DNA of 64,000 nucleotides from a phage: sequence record PZ445454.1; one strand, 5' to 3'. Shown piece by piece: positions 63,481 to 64,000 of this stretch (position 1 is its first letter; each line of letters starts with the position of its first letter). The notes under the pieces were generated by a model. It saw only the letters and a program-made list of their open reading frames with translations, ran no database searches and was not told where the DNA came from. The position numbers and the translations under genes were made by a program.

Positions 63481-63553
63481 GAATCCGTGACAGAAATGGC
63501 TATGTGCCTGTCTGCAAAACAGGTTTATAAGGGTTCGAGTCCCTTCGGATTCT
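63481..63553 (+). tRNA. tRNA-Cys (anticodon GCA)
   Basis: Perfect acceptor GAATCCG/CGGATTC, anticodon arm CCTGT-CTGCAAA-ACAGG, T-arm AAGGG-TTCGAGT-CCCTT, CCA encoded. Confidence 0.7.
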
Positions 63554-63778
63554 CCAAGTTATTTTACTCTCTCTCAATTAAAATAATAATAATGCCCTGC
63601 TATAAGTATTCTTCCTTTCGCTACCGAAGAGTATTTTTAGACAGGGCTTTTTTACAGAGTTATACTTTATAAGAAGCCTTATACAGTATGTCTCTGACGT
63701 ACATTGTGGTTTCTCCTTGACGGTCTCTGTACCGTCTTTTTTAAGGGGAAACATGGTTAAATATTTGGAGAAAACATA

Positions 63779-63979
63779 ATGAGCGAGACCGTTTATAAAG
63801 AACTTTATGAAGCTAATAAGAAGCTAGAATTTATGCAGAATACTATCATGGCAATTGCAGACAGATTATCTGTAGCAACAGGTATTGATATTAAAGAAGC
63901 GTCTATGGATGCACTTCTTGATGCTGTTGATGCAAAGTTCGAAGTTAAGAAAGAAGAGACTGCTACAGACTCTGAATAA
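63779..63979 (+). CDS. small hypothetical protein
   Basis: 66 aa; ATG preceded by GGAGAAAACATA. Confidence 0.45.
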   Translation: MSETVYKELYEANKKLEFMQNTIMAIADRLSVATGIDIKEASMDALLDAVDAKFEVKKEETATDSE

Positions 63980-64000
63980 TTCTATTTGCGGAGGCGCTTA

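Overview
This window reads as part of a large, AT-rich virulent tailed-phage genome, organised in strand-specific blocks. A minus-strand block (1-10.1 kb) carries thymidylate synthase, DHFR, an ATP-dependent DNA ligase, a free-standing HNH-AP2 endonuclease and a family A DNA polymerase. A long plus-strand block (10.4-47.2 kb) carries the replication and nucleotide-metabolism module: dNMP kinase, primase-helicase, SSB-like protein, flap endonuclease, NrdA/NrdB/glutaredoxin, an intron-split NrdD, and NrdG. The same block has a PRPP-synthetase-like plus NAMPT-like pair (candidate NAD+ reconstitution counter-defence), a GHKL-ATPase (rIIA-like) pair, a lysis-like cluster, a Macro-domain protein, and an array of 12 small ORFs each behind a conserved promoter/hairpin/leader cassette. 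A 1.66 kb ORF-free iteron-rich region (47.2-48.8 kb) separates this from a minus-strand block (48.8-56.3 kb) with a GH24 lysozyme and an Ig-like repeat protein. The window ends with a vWA protein and an array of about 26 tRNA genes (58.6-63.6 kb) interspersed with promoters, non-tRNA inserts and two ORFs. The most notable items are the group I intron with an HNH endonuclease inside nrdD, the NAD+ salvage pair, the small-gene cassette array, the iteron-rich non-coding region, and several atypical tRNAs. Everything was read by eye: no searches or folding were run, and my nucleotide-level reading disagreed with the ORF track by one base in at least one place, so hand-derived coordinates (tRNAs, hairpins, promoters, repeats) are approximate to about +/-2 nt.
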